From contig CAYYWO010000004.1 of NCBI GenBank assembly GCA_964474885.1, forward strand, positions 20,229-84,228: a DNA stretch of 64,000 bases, written 5' to 3'. Origin of the DNA: Candidatus Hadarchaeota archaeon (lineage in GTDB: Archaea; Hadarchaeota; Hadarchaeia; Hadarchaeales; JAWBSP01). The position numbers and the translations under genes are program-made. Under the pieces are notes generated by a model. That model had not been told where the DNA came from. It made no database searches and saw only the letters and a program-made list of their open reading frames with translations. Below, piece by piece: positions 7,643-16,725 of this stretch (its first letter is position 1; every line of letters starts with the position of its first letter).

Positions 7643-10600
7643 TTGTCGGTGAGAGGGGGGATAGGTAGGTGGGCAACGATATTGATAGACCTACTTATTG
7701 TTCTATCCTATATGCCCCCCGGAGTCCTCGCGGTTCTGAAGACCCCTCAACTCCTTTCACCTGAAAATGACTCTTGGGTGAACGACAACACGCCCCTGTT
7801 CGACTGGACTGATGTCACAGATGCTACAAGCTACCAGATACTCGTTGACAATGACCCTGACTTCACGTCCCCTGAGATCAATGATTTTCCGACCACAAGC
7901 GAGTACGAACCCACGGTTGAGCTGGAGGAGGGCATCTTCTACTACTGGGAGGTCAGGGCTAGGAATGAGGACACGGGGGACTCCTCCAACTGGTCTGAGG
8001 TTTGGTGCTTCAGGGTGGACATAACTCCTCCCCTTGCCCCTTCCCTCATCTCCCCCGACAACTCCGTTACGCTCTGGGTGGATCAGCCCACTTTCAGCTG
8101 GTCGGAGGTCTCCGACCTGAGCGGGATAACTTACAGGCTTGAGATAGATAACGACCCCAACTTCTCCTCCCCCGCGTACTCCATCCTCCTCACAGTCACC
8201 ACCCACCAGCTGGAGAACAAACTGGTCGAGAACTTCTCCCCCTACTACTGGAGGGTGACGGCTGTGGACGGTGCGGGAAACGAAAACTCCTCGGTCGTGT
8301 ACAAGTTCAACCTGAAAGTTCCCCCTGCCTCCTCGGTGGATCCGATCTCCCCGTACTGGGAGAACTCCGCCTTCACCGTCACGATGAGCGCCTCCGACAA
8401 CGACGGGACGGTGGAAAATGTGGAGCTCTGGTACCGGTACTCGAGCGATAACACGAATTGGGGGGACTGGATCCTTTACGACAACGACTCCACTCCCCCC
8501 CACTCCCTAGTTTTTTCACCGCCCTCCGGTGACGGCTACTACGAGTTCTACTCGAGGGCATGGGACGACAGGGGGAACTACGAGAATGCTCCAGCCCAAG
8601 CGGATGCTAGGTGCGGCTACGATACGGTGGCCCCTCCCGCTCCCGAAAACCTCCTACCGGAAAACAACGCCGACTTGGTGACCCCCACCCCGACCCTGGA
8701 GTGGTCCAGGGTGAGCGATATGAGCGGTGTCAAGTATGAGGTCTTGGTAGACAACGACAACCTCTTCGAACCCCCTTGGTCCTACCAAGCGGAAAACCTG
8801 GCAGAGAACACGGTTACAACCTCCCCCCTCGCCCCGGGACTTTACTACTGGAAGGTTCGGGCCAGGGACGGAGCGGGCAACTACGGTGCCTGGTCAGAGG
8901 TATACCAGTTCTATGTCAGAGCCTGGAGGCTTTTAGAGGATTTCAATGCTTGCATCCAAACCCTTTCAGGCTGGAGGCCCACCGAGGCACTTTCCTGCGG
9001 TTTATCCTCTCCCGCGAGCTGGATCAGGATCGAGGCACTAGCGGGGGGCATCGCACCCACCTGGTGGAAGCTGGAAGAAAGCTGCTGCACCACCGAAACA
9101 CTCGCTGGGTGGAAGTTCGTCGGATCCCTGCAGGCTGGCGTGCGGGCTCTCCTGCCTAGTTGGGTCCGCATCGAGCAGTGGAGCAACACAGTCAAATCTG
9201 TTGGACTCTGGAATCTCCTACACAGCATTAGCTCATCTGTCCACAGCATTCCGGTCGCCTGGAGGTATCTCGAGGGTTGCAGCTCGGTAACCAGAACCCT
9301 GCCCCAGCTTTGGTATTTCTTGGGCTGTTACCAAGGGGGCTGTCGGGCTCCAGCAGGGTGGTTCGGGGTAGAGGAGTGGCTGTGCCACTTGAACTTCGCG
9401 GCACATTGGCTCACCCTCACCCAGCTGTCTGCAAGCCCGTCGGCTCCGGCCAGCTGGCGCCCCACCGACACCCTCACCTCCTCCACCCAGACCCGTGGTT
9501 ACTGGCGGTTGCAAGGGGTATGGAGCGCCGGTCTCCCGGCGCCCGTTCCATCTCCCCGGCTCACCTCACCGGAGAATTCTGCCAACCTGAGCACGAATTC
9601 ACCGCTCCTGTGCTGGGAGAACCTGCTCCCCGCCGACAATTATCACCTCCAAGTCGACAACGAGCCCAACTTTGACCAGCCCGAGGTGGATGTCTGGCTC
9701 ACCGAGAACTCCCACCAGCCAACCCTCCCGGACGGGGTCTACTACTGGAGGGTGATGCAGACGAGGAACTCCGCTGCGTCGGAATGGTCCTCAGTCTTTA
9801 GCTTCAGACTCGATACCGTGCCCCCGCCCAAGCCCACCCTCCTCTTCCCAGCGAACCAAAACATAAACGACAACACGCCCCTCTTCCGCTGGACCTCAGT
9901 CCCGGAGAATTCCCTGCCCCTTAGCTACTGGATAGAGATCGACAACGAGCCGGCCTTCAATCCGCCAAAGCTCCTGTCAACTGGCTGGCTCTGGGACAAC
10001 TACTACCAGCTCACCACCGAGCTGTCAGACGGCGAGTACTACTGGAGGGTAAAAGTGAGGGACAATGCGGGGAACTTGGGGGACTGGTCGAGCGAGAACT
10101 TCAGAGTGGACACCGTGAGGCCTTCCGCACCCGCCCCCATTTCACCCACTTCAAACGCCTGGGCATCCGTAACTCCCACCTTCACTTGGCAGAGGGTCAG
10201 TGAGAACTCGTTCCCGGTCAAATACCGCGTGTTCGTGTGCGAGGACTCCGGCTTCGATACAAGCGTCTACAAGGTTTACGTCTCGCCCTGGCTGACGGAA
10301 AACGAGTGGACCTCCCCCGTGCTGGTGGAGGGGCTCGGGGTGGAAGGGAAGCTCTTCTACTGGAGGGTATGCGCCCTAGACAATGCGGGTAACCTCAGCG
10401 AGAATTCTCCCATTCAGGTCTTCCGGACCGACAACGTTCCACCCTCAGTTCCAGACATCCTAGCTCCCGAGAACTGCGCTTACGTCTCGGAGGTCTTCAC
10501 TCTGGCATACACGGCATCGGACGGGGGCTCCGGTGTAGCTAGCTACTGGGTCCAGGTCATGGACGAGAACGGTGAAATAGTTTACGAGAACCAAGAGGCT

Positions 10601-13600
10601 GAGAACAGAGTAGTCTTGCGACTCAGTGAGGGCACCTACCAGTGGAGGGTCAGGGCGAGGGACGCGATCGGGAACCTGAGTGATTGGTCGGCCCTCTACA
10701 CCTTCACGGTCAGCATCTGGAGATTCATCGAGAGCTGGAGCCTAGCGCTGGGTACCCCGAGGAGATGGCACCCCATCGAGAGTTTCTCCGCCTCCTCAGA
10801 AGGCCGGGTCTCCTGGAGGGAACTAGACACTTGGGTAGCATCCGCCCTCTGCCCGGCCGGATGGGTGCTTTCAGAGGGAGTTTCCTCGGCTGTGGGCACA
10901 CGCGCCAGGTACCTCCAGCTGGCCTCATTGACCGCCACCGTTGCGCCGAAGGCGGGATGGGCCTCGGTTGCCACATTCTCGAGCTCTCTTTCATCCCCCG
11001 GCTCCTGGGAGCTCCTCGATAGCAGGAGCGCGGAGTCCTCTGCACCGAGCTCTTGGGTGCGGGTGGAGCAAATGATTTCCTCCCTCGCGTACCCAACCGC
11101 CTGGCGGAAGCTGGAGACCTACTCCTGCATCCTGACAAACATGCCTGGCTGGAGATCAGTGGAGGACATCACGGTCCTCCTCTGGAGCCCCTCCTTCTTC
11201 CGCTTCTTGGACTCGTACTGCGGTAAGCTTGCAGGCCCCGTCCGCTGGTGGGTGCTCTCCGCTCAAACATCCGGAGCACGGACGGTTGTCGGATGGGCAC
11301 CCGTTGAGCTCGTGAGTGCGACGTGCAACACCAAGAGGGCATGGACGCTCGTCGGTAGCTATGCTGCACGGACCTCTGCTCCGGCTGTATGGAAAGGGCT
11401 TGCCAGCCTGAGCGCCGCAATCAGCGCCCCGATTCCCACCCCAACGCTGGTCTCCCCCGCGGACGGGACAAACATAAATCCCAATCTTTCCACCCTGACG
11501 CTCCGGTGGGAAAACTCCCTGTCGGCAGACAACTTCGATCTCCAGATCGACAACAATGCCGATTTCTCCTCTCCTGAGGTCTCCGTGACCGTCACCGGCA
11601 ACAAGTACTCGCCCGCGGATCTCCCGGATAATCTGTACTGGTGGAGGGTCAGGCAGAGGAGGACGGGGAGTGTCTCAGGCTGGTCCGGAGCCTGGAAATT
11701 CAGGGTAGACACCCTTGAGCCCTCGCCTCCCGAACCCCTCAGCCCGATCGAGGGCGAGAACCTGAATGATCCCATCCCCGTGCTTGAGTGGTCAGAACCG
11801 CCCGAAAACTCCCTCCCGCTCACCTACAAGGTGCAGGTCGCCACTTCCAGGTTCTTCGAGTCCGGCACCATCCTCAGGGAAACTTGGGTCTCGGAGCCGA
11901 GGTGGGAGGTCTCCCCCGCCCTGCCGGACAACGTCTACTACTGGAGGGTGCTCGCGAGGGACAACGCGGGGAACAACAGCCTGTATTCCGAAGTCAGGAG
12001 CTTCAGGGTGGACACCCTGAGCCCGCCCGCTCCAACACTGGTAGAACCGGAGAACGACAGCTGGGCACCCGGAGACTTCCGCTTCTCTTGGACCTCCATC
12101 CCCGAAAACTCCCTGCCCGTGGTCTACAACCTCGTCATCGCCTACGACTCGGACTTCAGCGAAATGGTAGAGAACGTGTTCCTCCTAGAAAACACTTACT
12201 CAACCTCCCTAGCAGAGGGTTCCTACTGGTGGAAAGTCAGGGCGAGGGACAATGCTGGTAATTGGAGTGAGTGGTCGGATGCCTGGACCTTCACCCTGGA
12301 CAACACCCCACCCAGCCAGGTCGTCCTGACGAGACCCGAGAACTCCTCCTTCGTCCAGAGCGGACCTGTGACCTTCGGCTGGCAATCCGCCTCGGATGAG
12401 GGTTCGGGTGTGGGGAGGTACTGGATTCAGATCTGGCGCAACGGTTCCTTAGTGTACGAGAACTGCTCGGTGCCCGATAATTCGCTCACGGTGGAGGTGC
12501 CGACCGGGCTGTACTGGTGGAGGGTGAGGGCGGTGGATGTCGCCGGAAATGCGGGCGGGTGGTCGGAGCCATTTGTCTTCACTTCCTCCGACTGGCACCA
12601 GCTCGAATCTTGGCAGCTGCCGCTCGTTGCCCCGGCTAGCTGGAAGGGGGACGAGAGCTGGACCGTCTCCGCTCTCGGAGCTGCCCTCTGGAGAAAGCTC
12701 GAAATCTCGTCGGCTCGCACTAGCTCGCCCGGTCGCTGGGAGCTATCTGACAGTTGGGTCACGTCCATGTGCTCTCCATCGGCTTGGTACAGTCTGGATG
12801 GTAGGAGCATCTCCATCGTCTCCCCCGTTGCCTGGAAGAAGCTCGAAAACTGGATTGGCAGCTGCGCGCTCCCCGCCCTCTGGCACCTAACAGAAATCCT
12901 TCCGGCTTCTCTGAAGACAGTTGCCCACTGGCTGGAACTGGAAGCTCAAACTGGAACCTGCCACGGCTTGCTCGGGAAGTGGAGGCTGATTGATCAACTG
13001 CAGGGCACGGTGCTCGCACCAGCGTTTTGGCTGCCTCTCATGTCCATTCAGAGCCAGGCAGGAGCCGTGTCCAACTGGCAAAAAGTGAGCACGTGGCCGG
13101 CAACGATCGGTGGCCCCATCCACCCACCGGTCCTGATCGCCCCTGAAAACACCAACACCAATGACAACACGCCCACCTTCCAATGGGACAACCTCCAGCC
13201 TGTCGACAACTTCGAGTTCATGCTCGACAACGATGCGGACTTCAGCTCGCCTGAGGTCCACCTGACAACCTCAGACAAGTCCTACACTTCGGGTGAGCTG
13301 CCCGACGGGGTTTACTGGTGGAGAGTCAGATGCTGGAGGACTGGTACCGCCGGTGGCTGGTCGGAGGTCAGATACTTGAGGGTGGACACCGTCAGTCCCT
13401 CCTCCCCCGACCTGCTGAGCCCGTCCGATGGTGAGGACGTCAGCGATTCAACTCCCGTCCTCAGCTGGAGTTCCCCACCTGAGAACTCCCTGCCCCTCAC
13501 CTACAACCTCAAGATCTCAACCTCACCTTACTTCGAGCCCGAGAACATCGTGATTGATGTCTGGGTGGAGGAGAACTCCTACGAGGTATCTGGTCTCGAC

Positions 13601-16159
13601 GAAAATGGGGTTTACTACTGGAAGGTATGTGCCAGGGACAATGCGGGAAACACCGGGCCCTTCACACCCTATGCCTGGAGATTCCACATAGATACTACGC
13701 CGCCCGCCTCACCCTCCCTGCTATCACCGGAAAACCGGGGGTGGGCAAAACCCGAGGCTGAGCTATCCTGGCAGGAGGTACCCGAGAACTCCCCACCCGT
13801 GCTCTACCTGGTCCAGATCTCCGACTTCCCGGACTTCCTGAACACGGTTAGGGAGGTAAAGACTTATGATAATTCGTGGACGGTCTCCCCACCGCTGCCC
13901 GTCAGCTCCTACTACTGGAGAGTAAAGGCGAGGGACAACGCGGGGAACTGGAGCGAGTGGTCGGAGGTTTGGTGGTTCAAAGTAGATAACGAAGCACCCT
14001 CCAAGCCCAGTTTGATCACACCAGAGAACGGGAGTCATGTCCAGGCGAACGCCCCTTTCACCCTCACCTTCACGGCCTCCGACGGAACGGGTTCGGGCGT
14101 GGCCTACTATCAAGTGCAGATCGACAATGACCCAGCCTTCCCCGCCCCCCTCATCGATGTCACAGTGTCCGATAACAGCTGTCAGGTGTCAGGGCTGGCT
14201 TGGGGGACTTACTACTGGCGCGTGAGAGCCATAGACAACGTGAGTAACGTGGGGCCTTGGTCGGATCCATACATCCTTTATTCGAGTGACTGGAAACTCT
14301 GTGATCGGTTCTCAGTGACTGCCCGAGGAAGGGTGTCTTGGGTGCTCAACGAGCGACTGGCTGGTAGGGTGGGTTCCCCCGCCAACTGGTTCTTCTGCGA
14401 ATCGAGATCTGGAGGCATAGAGAACGTCGCTAGAGGATGGTTCTTCTTGGAAAGCTGGGCGAATGAGAACGCAGTTGGGGTGCACTACTGGGCATTGGTC
14501 GAGAGATGGACTAATGCCCTTCGGGCCTATTCCACGTGGAAACACATCGATGTCCGCTCCTCGCGGCTGTTATCACCTCCAACCTACTGGCTCTTCCTTG
14601 AGCGGGTCACGGGAGAACTCGAGGCGACGTTGGGATGGTGGCTGCTTGAGGATTATGCAGGTGCCCTCACCCTTCCGGCGGGCTGGGAGTACTTGGAGAA
14701 CTGGAATTCATCCCTTACAGGAGTGCACTACTGGGTACTGCTGGACGAGTGGCGGAGTCTCGCCTATCACCCCCTCTGGAGAACCCTCGACGTTACTCCT
14801 TGCAGGCTTAACACACGTGCCGAGCACTACCGGCTGGAGGACAGAAGCGGGTACCTGGGTGTGCCTTCCTCCGCGTGGAGGCACGTAGAAACTGAGGCAG
14901 GCGGGTGTAGGTGGAAACCAGCTCACTGGACCCAAGTCGAGAGAATCCGATCCAGGTCGGTACCTGCCTTCTGGAGGCTACTGGAACGCTTCAGATGCGG
15001 ATTCGGCCCGAAAACAGGCTGGCTGTTCATTGAGAAGAAAATCCTCGGGATACGCACTCCCGCCACGAGATTCCACACTCTAGAGAGTCTCCGATCCTCT
15101 CTATTCGCCCCACATATCTGGTCCTTGGTCGACAGAGGCAGAGGAGAGGTCTACACGTTCATCCACTGGAAGGCTTACATCAGAAGTGCGTACATTCCTA
15201 GGAAGGGCTGGTTCGTACTCGAACTCAAAAGTTGCTCTGTCTTCGCTCCGAGATATCTAGAGGAGAGAAAAGAGCGGGAGGTATCGGTAACCCAAGTGGG
15301 GGTGCAGCAGTTCAGTCATTTGAGTGCCAGTGCAGAGAGAGCCTGGTGCAGGGTGCATCCGCCTCACTCGTCTATCTCGGTTGGGGAGTCTAAGTACCTA
15401 CCCCCTTGGCTCCCGTCGCTGCCGGGTGAGCTCTGCAGGTACATTGATGTCAAGCTGAAGAACTGCCAGCTACTGAAACTGAGGATCAGGGTAAGCAAGG
15501 CCTGGCTCAAAAAGATGGACAGGAACACCTTGAGGGTTTGGGGGTACAAGGGTGAGTGGGTCTCCCTGCCCTTCGAACTCGCAGCGGAGGACGAGCTTTA
15601 CCTGTACCTGGAGTTCGAGTCCCAAGGTTTCAGCTGCTTCGCGGTTACTGCGAGAAGAAAACCCTTCTTCCCGTGGTGGGCTGTTCTGTGGGTATGGCTG
15701 GGGATCGTGGGAACCCTGGGATATCTGATGCTCCAGCCCTTCATCGGGGAGATACGTCTGCGCAGGCTACAGCAAAAATACGAGGAGTCCCTGAAAGGTG
15801 CTACCTATCGGAAGATAGCGAGCAGGCTCAGATCGATCGGCAGGAAGCTCAGCAAGGAGGATCGAATAGCTCTAAGAGAAATCGCTGAGGAGCTCAGGCT
15901 CCTCCCGCCTCCCACACTGGTCCCCGTGGAAGAAAAGCTCACCAAACCGGAGCTCATTGCCGTTGAGACTCTAGAGAAGTTCATCAGGGAGAGGAGAAAA
16001 AGAATACCCCTCCGCCGCGAGAAGCTGGAGGAACTGAAGAAACTTCAGAGAGAGATGCTGAGACGGCCAAAAGAAAGGCGCCGATCCAAGCGGAAACGGA
16101 CCACTAGGAAATATGCCAGGAGCGAGCAGAAGAAGCCCGCTAAGAGATCTAAGAAATAA
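7643..16159 (+). CDS. giant cell-surface protein: FN3/Ig-like modules, Trp-rich 16-aa repeats, PGF-pre-PGF-like domain, C-terminal TM
   Basis: 2838-aa ORF; N-terminal hydrophobic signal; 16 modules, most with YYWRVRA.D.AGN...WS; four W-repeat blocks; ...EDELYLYLEFESQGFSCFAV then TM and basic tail; exact start (TTG 7643 or GTG 7649) uncertain. Confidence 0.9.
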   Translation: MSVRGGIGRWATILIDLLIVLSYMPPGVLAVLKTPQLLSPENDSWVNDNTPLFDWTDVTDATSYQILVDNDPDFTSPEINDFPTTSEYEPTVELEEGIFYYWEVRARNEDTGDSSNWSEVWCFRVDITPPLAPSLISPDNSVTLWVDQPTFSWSEVSDLSGITYRLEIDNDPNFSSPAYSILLTVTTHQLENKLVENFSPYYWRVTAVDGAGNENSSVVYKFNLKVPPASSVDPISPYWENSAFTVTMSASDNDGTVENVELWYRYSSDNTNWGDWILYDNDSTPPHSLVFSPPSGDGYYEFYSRAWDDRGNYENAPAQADARCGYDTVAPPAPENLLPENNADLVTPTPTLEWSRVSDMSGVKYEVLVDNDNLFEPPWSYQAENLAENTVTTSPLAPGLYYWKVRARDGAGNYGAWSEVYQFYVRAWRLLEDFNACIQTLSGWRPTEALSCGLSSPASWIRIEALAGGIAPTWWKLEESCCTTETLAGWKFVGSLQAGVRALLPSWVRIEQWSNTVKSVGLWNLLHSISSSVHSIPVAWRYLEGCSSVTRTLPQLWYFLGCYQGGCRAPAGWFGVEEWLCHLNFAAHWLTLTQLSASPSAPASWRPTDTLTSSTQTRGYWRLQGVWSAGLPAPVPSPRLTSPENSANLSTNSPLLCWENLLPADNYHLQVDNEPNFDQPEVDVWLTENSHQPTLPDGVYYWRVMQTRNSAASEWSSVFSFRLDTVPPPKPTLLFPANQNINDNTPLFRWTSVPENSLPLSYWIEIDNEPAFNPPKLLSTGWLWDNYYQLTTELSDGEYYWRVKVRDNAGNLGDWSSENFRVDTVRPSAPAPISPTSNAWASVTPTFTWQRVSENSFPVKYRVFVCEDSGFDTSVYKVYVSPWLTENEWTSPVLVEGLGVEGKLFYWRVCALDNAGNLSENSPIQVFRTDNVPPSVPDILAPENCAYVSEVFTLAYTASDGGSGVASYWVQVMDENGEIVYENQEAENRVVLRLSEGTYQWRVRARDAIGNLSDWSALYTFTVSIWRFIESWSLALGTPRRWHPIESFSASSEGRVSWRELDTWVASALCPAGWVLSEGVSSAVGTRARYLQLASLTATVAPKAGWASVATFSSSLSSPGSWELLDSRSAESSAPSSWVRVEQMISSLAYPTAWRKLETYSCILTNMPGWRSVEDITVLLWSPSFFRFLDSYCGKLAGPVRWWVLSAQTSGARTVVGWAPVELVSATCNTKRAWTLVGSYAARTSAPAVWKGLASLSAAISAPIPTPTLVSPADGTNINPNLSTLTLRWENSLSADNFDLQIDNNADFSSPEVSVTVTGNKYSPADLPDNLYWWRVRQRRTGSVSGWSGAWKFRVDTLEPSPPEPLSPIEGENLNDPIPVLEWSEPPENSLPLTYKVQVATSRFFESGTILRETWVSEPRWEVSPALPDNVYYWRVLARDNAGNNSLYSEVRSFRVDTLSPPAPTLVEPENDSWAPGDFRFSWTSIPENSLPVVYNLVIAYDSDFSEMVENVFLLENTYSTSLAEGSYWWKVRARDNAGNWSEWSDAWTFTLDNTPPSQVVLTRPENSSFVQSGPVTFGWQSASDEGSGVGRYWIQIWRNGSLVYENCSVPDNSLTVEVPTGLYWWRVRAVDVAGNAGGWSEPFVFTSSDWHQLESWQLPLVAPASWKGDESWTVSALGAALWRKLEISSARTSSPGRWELSDSWVTSMCSPSAWYSLDGRSISIVSPVAWKKLENWIGSCALPALWHLTEILPASLKTVAHWLELEAQTGTCHGLLGKWRLIDQLQGTVLAPAFWLPLMSIQSQAGAVSNWQKVSTWPATIGGPIHPPVLIAPENTNTNDNTPTFQWDNLQPVDNFEFMLDNDADFSSPEVHLTTSDKSYTSGELPDGVYWWRVRCWRTGTAGGWSEVRYLRVDTVSPSSPDLLSPSDGEDVSDSTPVLSWSSPPENSLPLTYNLKISTSPYFEPENIVIDVWVEENSYEVSGLDENGVYYWKVCARDNAGNTGPFTPYAWRFHIDTTPPASPSLLSPENRGWAKPEAELSWQEVPENSPPVLYLVQISDFPDFLNTVREVKTYDNSWTVSPPLPVSSYYWRVKARDNAGNWSEWSEVWWFKVDNEAPSKPSLITPENGSHVQANAPFTLTFTASDGTGSGVAYYQVQIDNDPAFPAPLIDVTVSDNSCQVSGLAWGTYYWRVRAIDNVSNVGPWSDPYILYSSDWKLCDRFSVTARGRVSWVLNERLAGRVGSPANWFFCESRSGGIENVARGWFFLESWANENAVGVHYWALVERWTNALRAYSTWKHIDVRSSRLLSPPTYWLFLERVTGELEATLGWWLLEDYAGALTLPAGWEYLENWNSSLTGVHYWVLLDEWRSLAYHPLWRTLDVTPCRLNTRAEHYRLEDRSGYLGVPSSAWRHVETEAGGCRWKPAHWTQVERIRSRSVPAFWRLLERFRCGFGPKTGWLFIEKKILGIRTPATRFHTLESLRSSLFAPHIWSLVDRGRGEVYTFIHWKAYIRSAYIPRKGWFVLELKSCSVFAPRYLEERKEREVSVTQVGVQQFSHLSASAERAWCRVHPPHSSISVGESKYLPPWLPSLPGELCRYIDVKLKNCQLLKLRIRVSKAWLKKMDRNTLRVWGYKGEWVSLPFELAAEDELYLYLEFESQGFSCFAVTARRKPFFPWWAVLWVWLGIVGTLGYLMLQPFIGEIRLRRLQQKYEESLKGATYRKIASRLRSIGRKLSKEDRIALREIAEELRLLPPPTLVPVEEKLTKPELIAVETLEKFIRERRKRIPLRREKLEELKKLQREMLRRPKERRRSKRKRTTRKYARSEQKKPAKRSKK

Positions 16160-16710
16160 TGCTCCCCAAGGTACAGGGTCGAGACCACCATTAGGGACAG
16201 GATGCACGCCCAGCCTAGCGTCCACCCCGTGCCCAGAGTGCGGATGAAGAGCAAACAGGACAGGCCGTTCCCCGCGTGCATGGACGGAAAGGAGCCCCAA
16301 GGATAGGGATTGAAGTTCTCCGTGAAGCCTGCCAGCTCGTTTCTGACAGACCTGACGCCTTCTACCGCAAGTCTGGGGGGGCTCACGGGGTAGAGGAGCC
16401 AGGTCACCTGAGCCGCTATCTGGCTTATAATGAAGACCAGCAGGTACTGCCTGAACGCCTCAGCTTTCCTGAAAGAGAGAAGGCATGCTGTCCCGTAAAT
16501 CAGAATTGGATATCCTAAGAGATATACAGCCAGATTGAGGAGATCCATCAATTTCGATGACATCCTCTCCTGGATCTCCACGACTAGCTCACCGTCGAAG
16601 GAGTTGGGATTCTGAGGGACTGGGTAAAATCTGGGGAGGAAGTCGAAGATCATCACAGCAAGGGCGAAAATCATTATCCTGCTCAGATGCTTTTTAAGGT
16701 GTCTGTCCAT
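16045..16710 (-). CDS. PAP2 superfamily membrane protein (AUR1/IPC-synthase-like PAP2_3)
   Basis: YPVSPPRL, SFPSMH, HYFLD motifs; multiple TM segments. Confidence 0.85.
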   Translation of the reverse strand: MDRHLKKHLSRIMIFALAVMIFDFLPRFYPVPQNPNSFDGELVVEIQERMSSKLMDLLNLAVYLLGYPILIYGTACLLSFRKAEAFRQYLLVFIISQIAAQVTWLLYPVSPPRLAVEGVRSVRNELAGFTENFNPYPWGSFPSMHAGNGLSCLLFIRTLGTGWTLGWACILSLMVVSTLYLGEHYFLDLLAGFFCSLLAYFLVVRFRLDRRLSFGRLSISL

Positions 16711-16725
16711 CCAACCTTTGAAGGG

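Noticed and set aside
7643-16159. Diversity-generating retroelement target in the variable Trp repeats
   Set aside because: No reverse transcriptase and no near-identical template/variable pair differing only at adenines; repeats are old and diverged at DNA level
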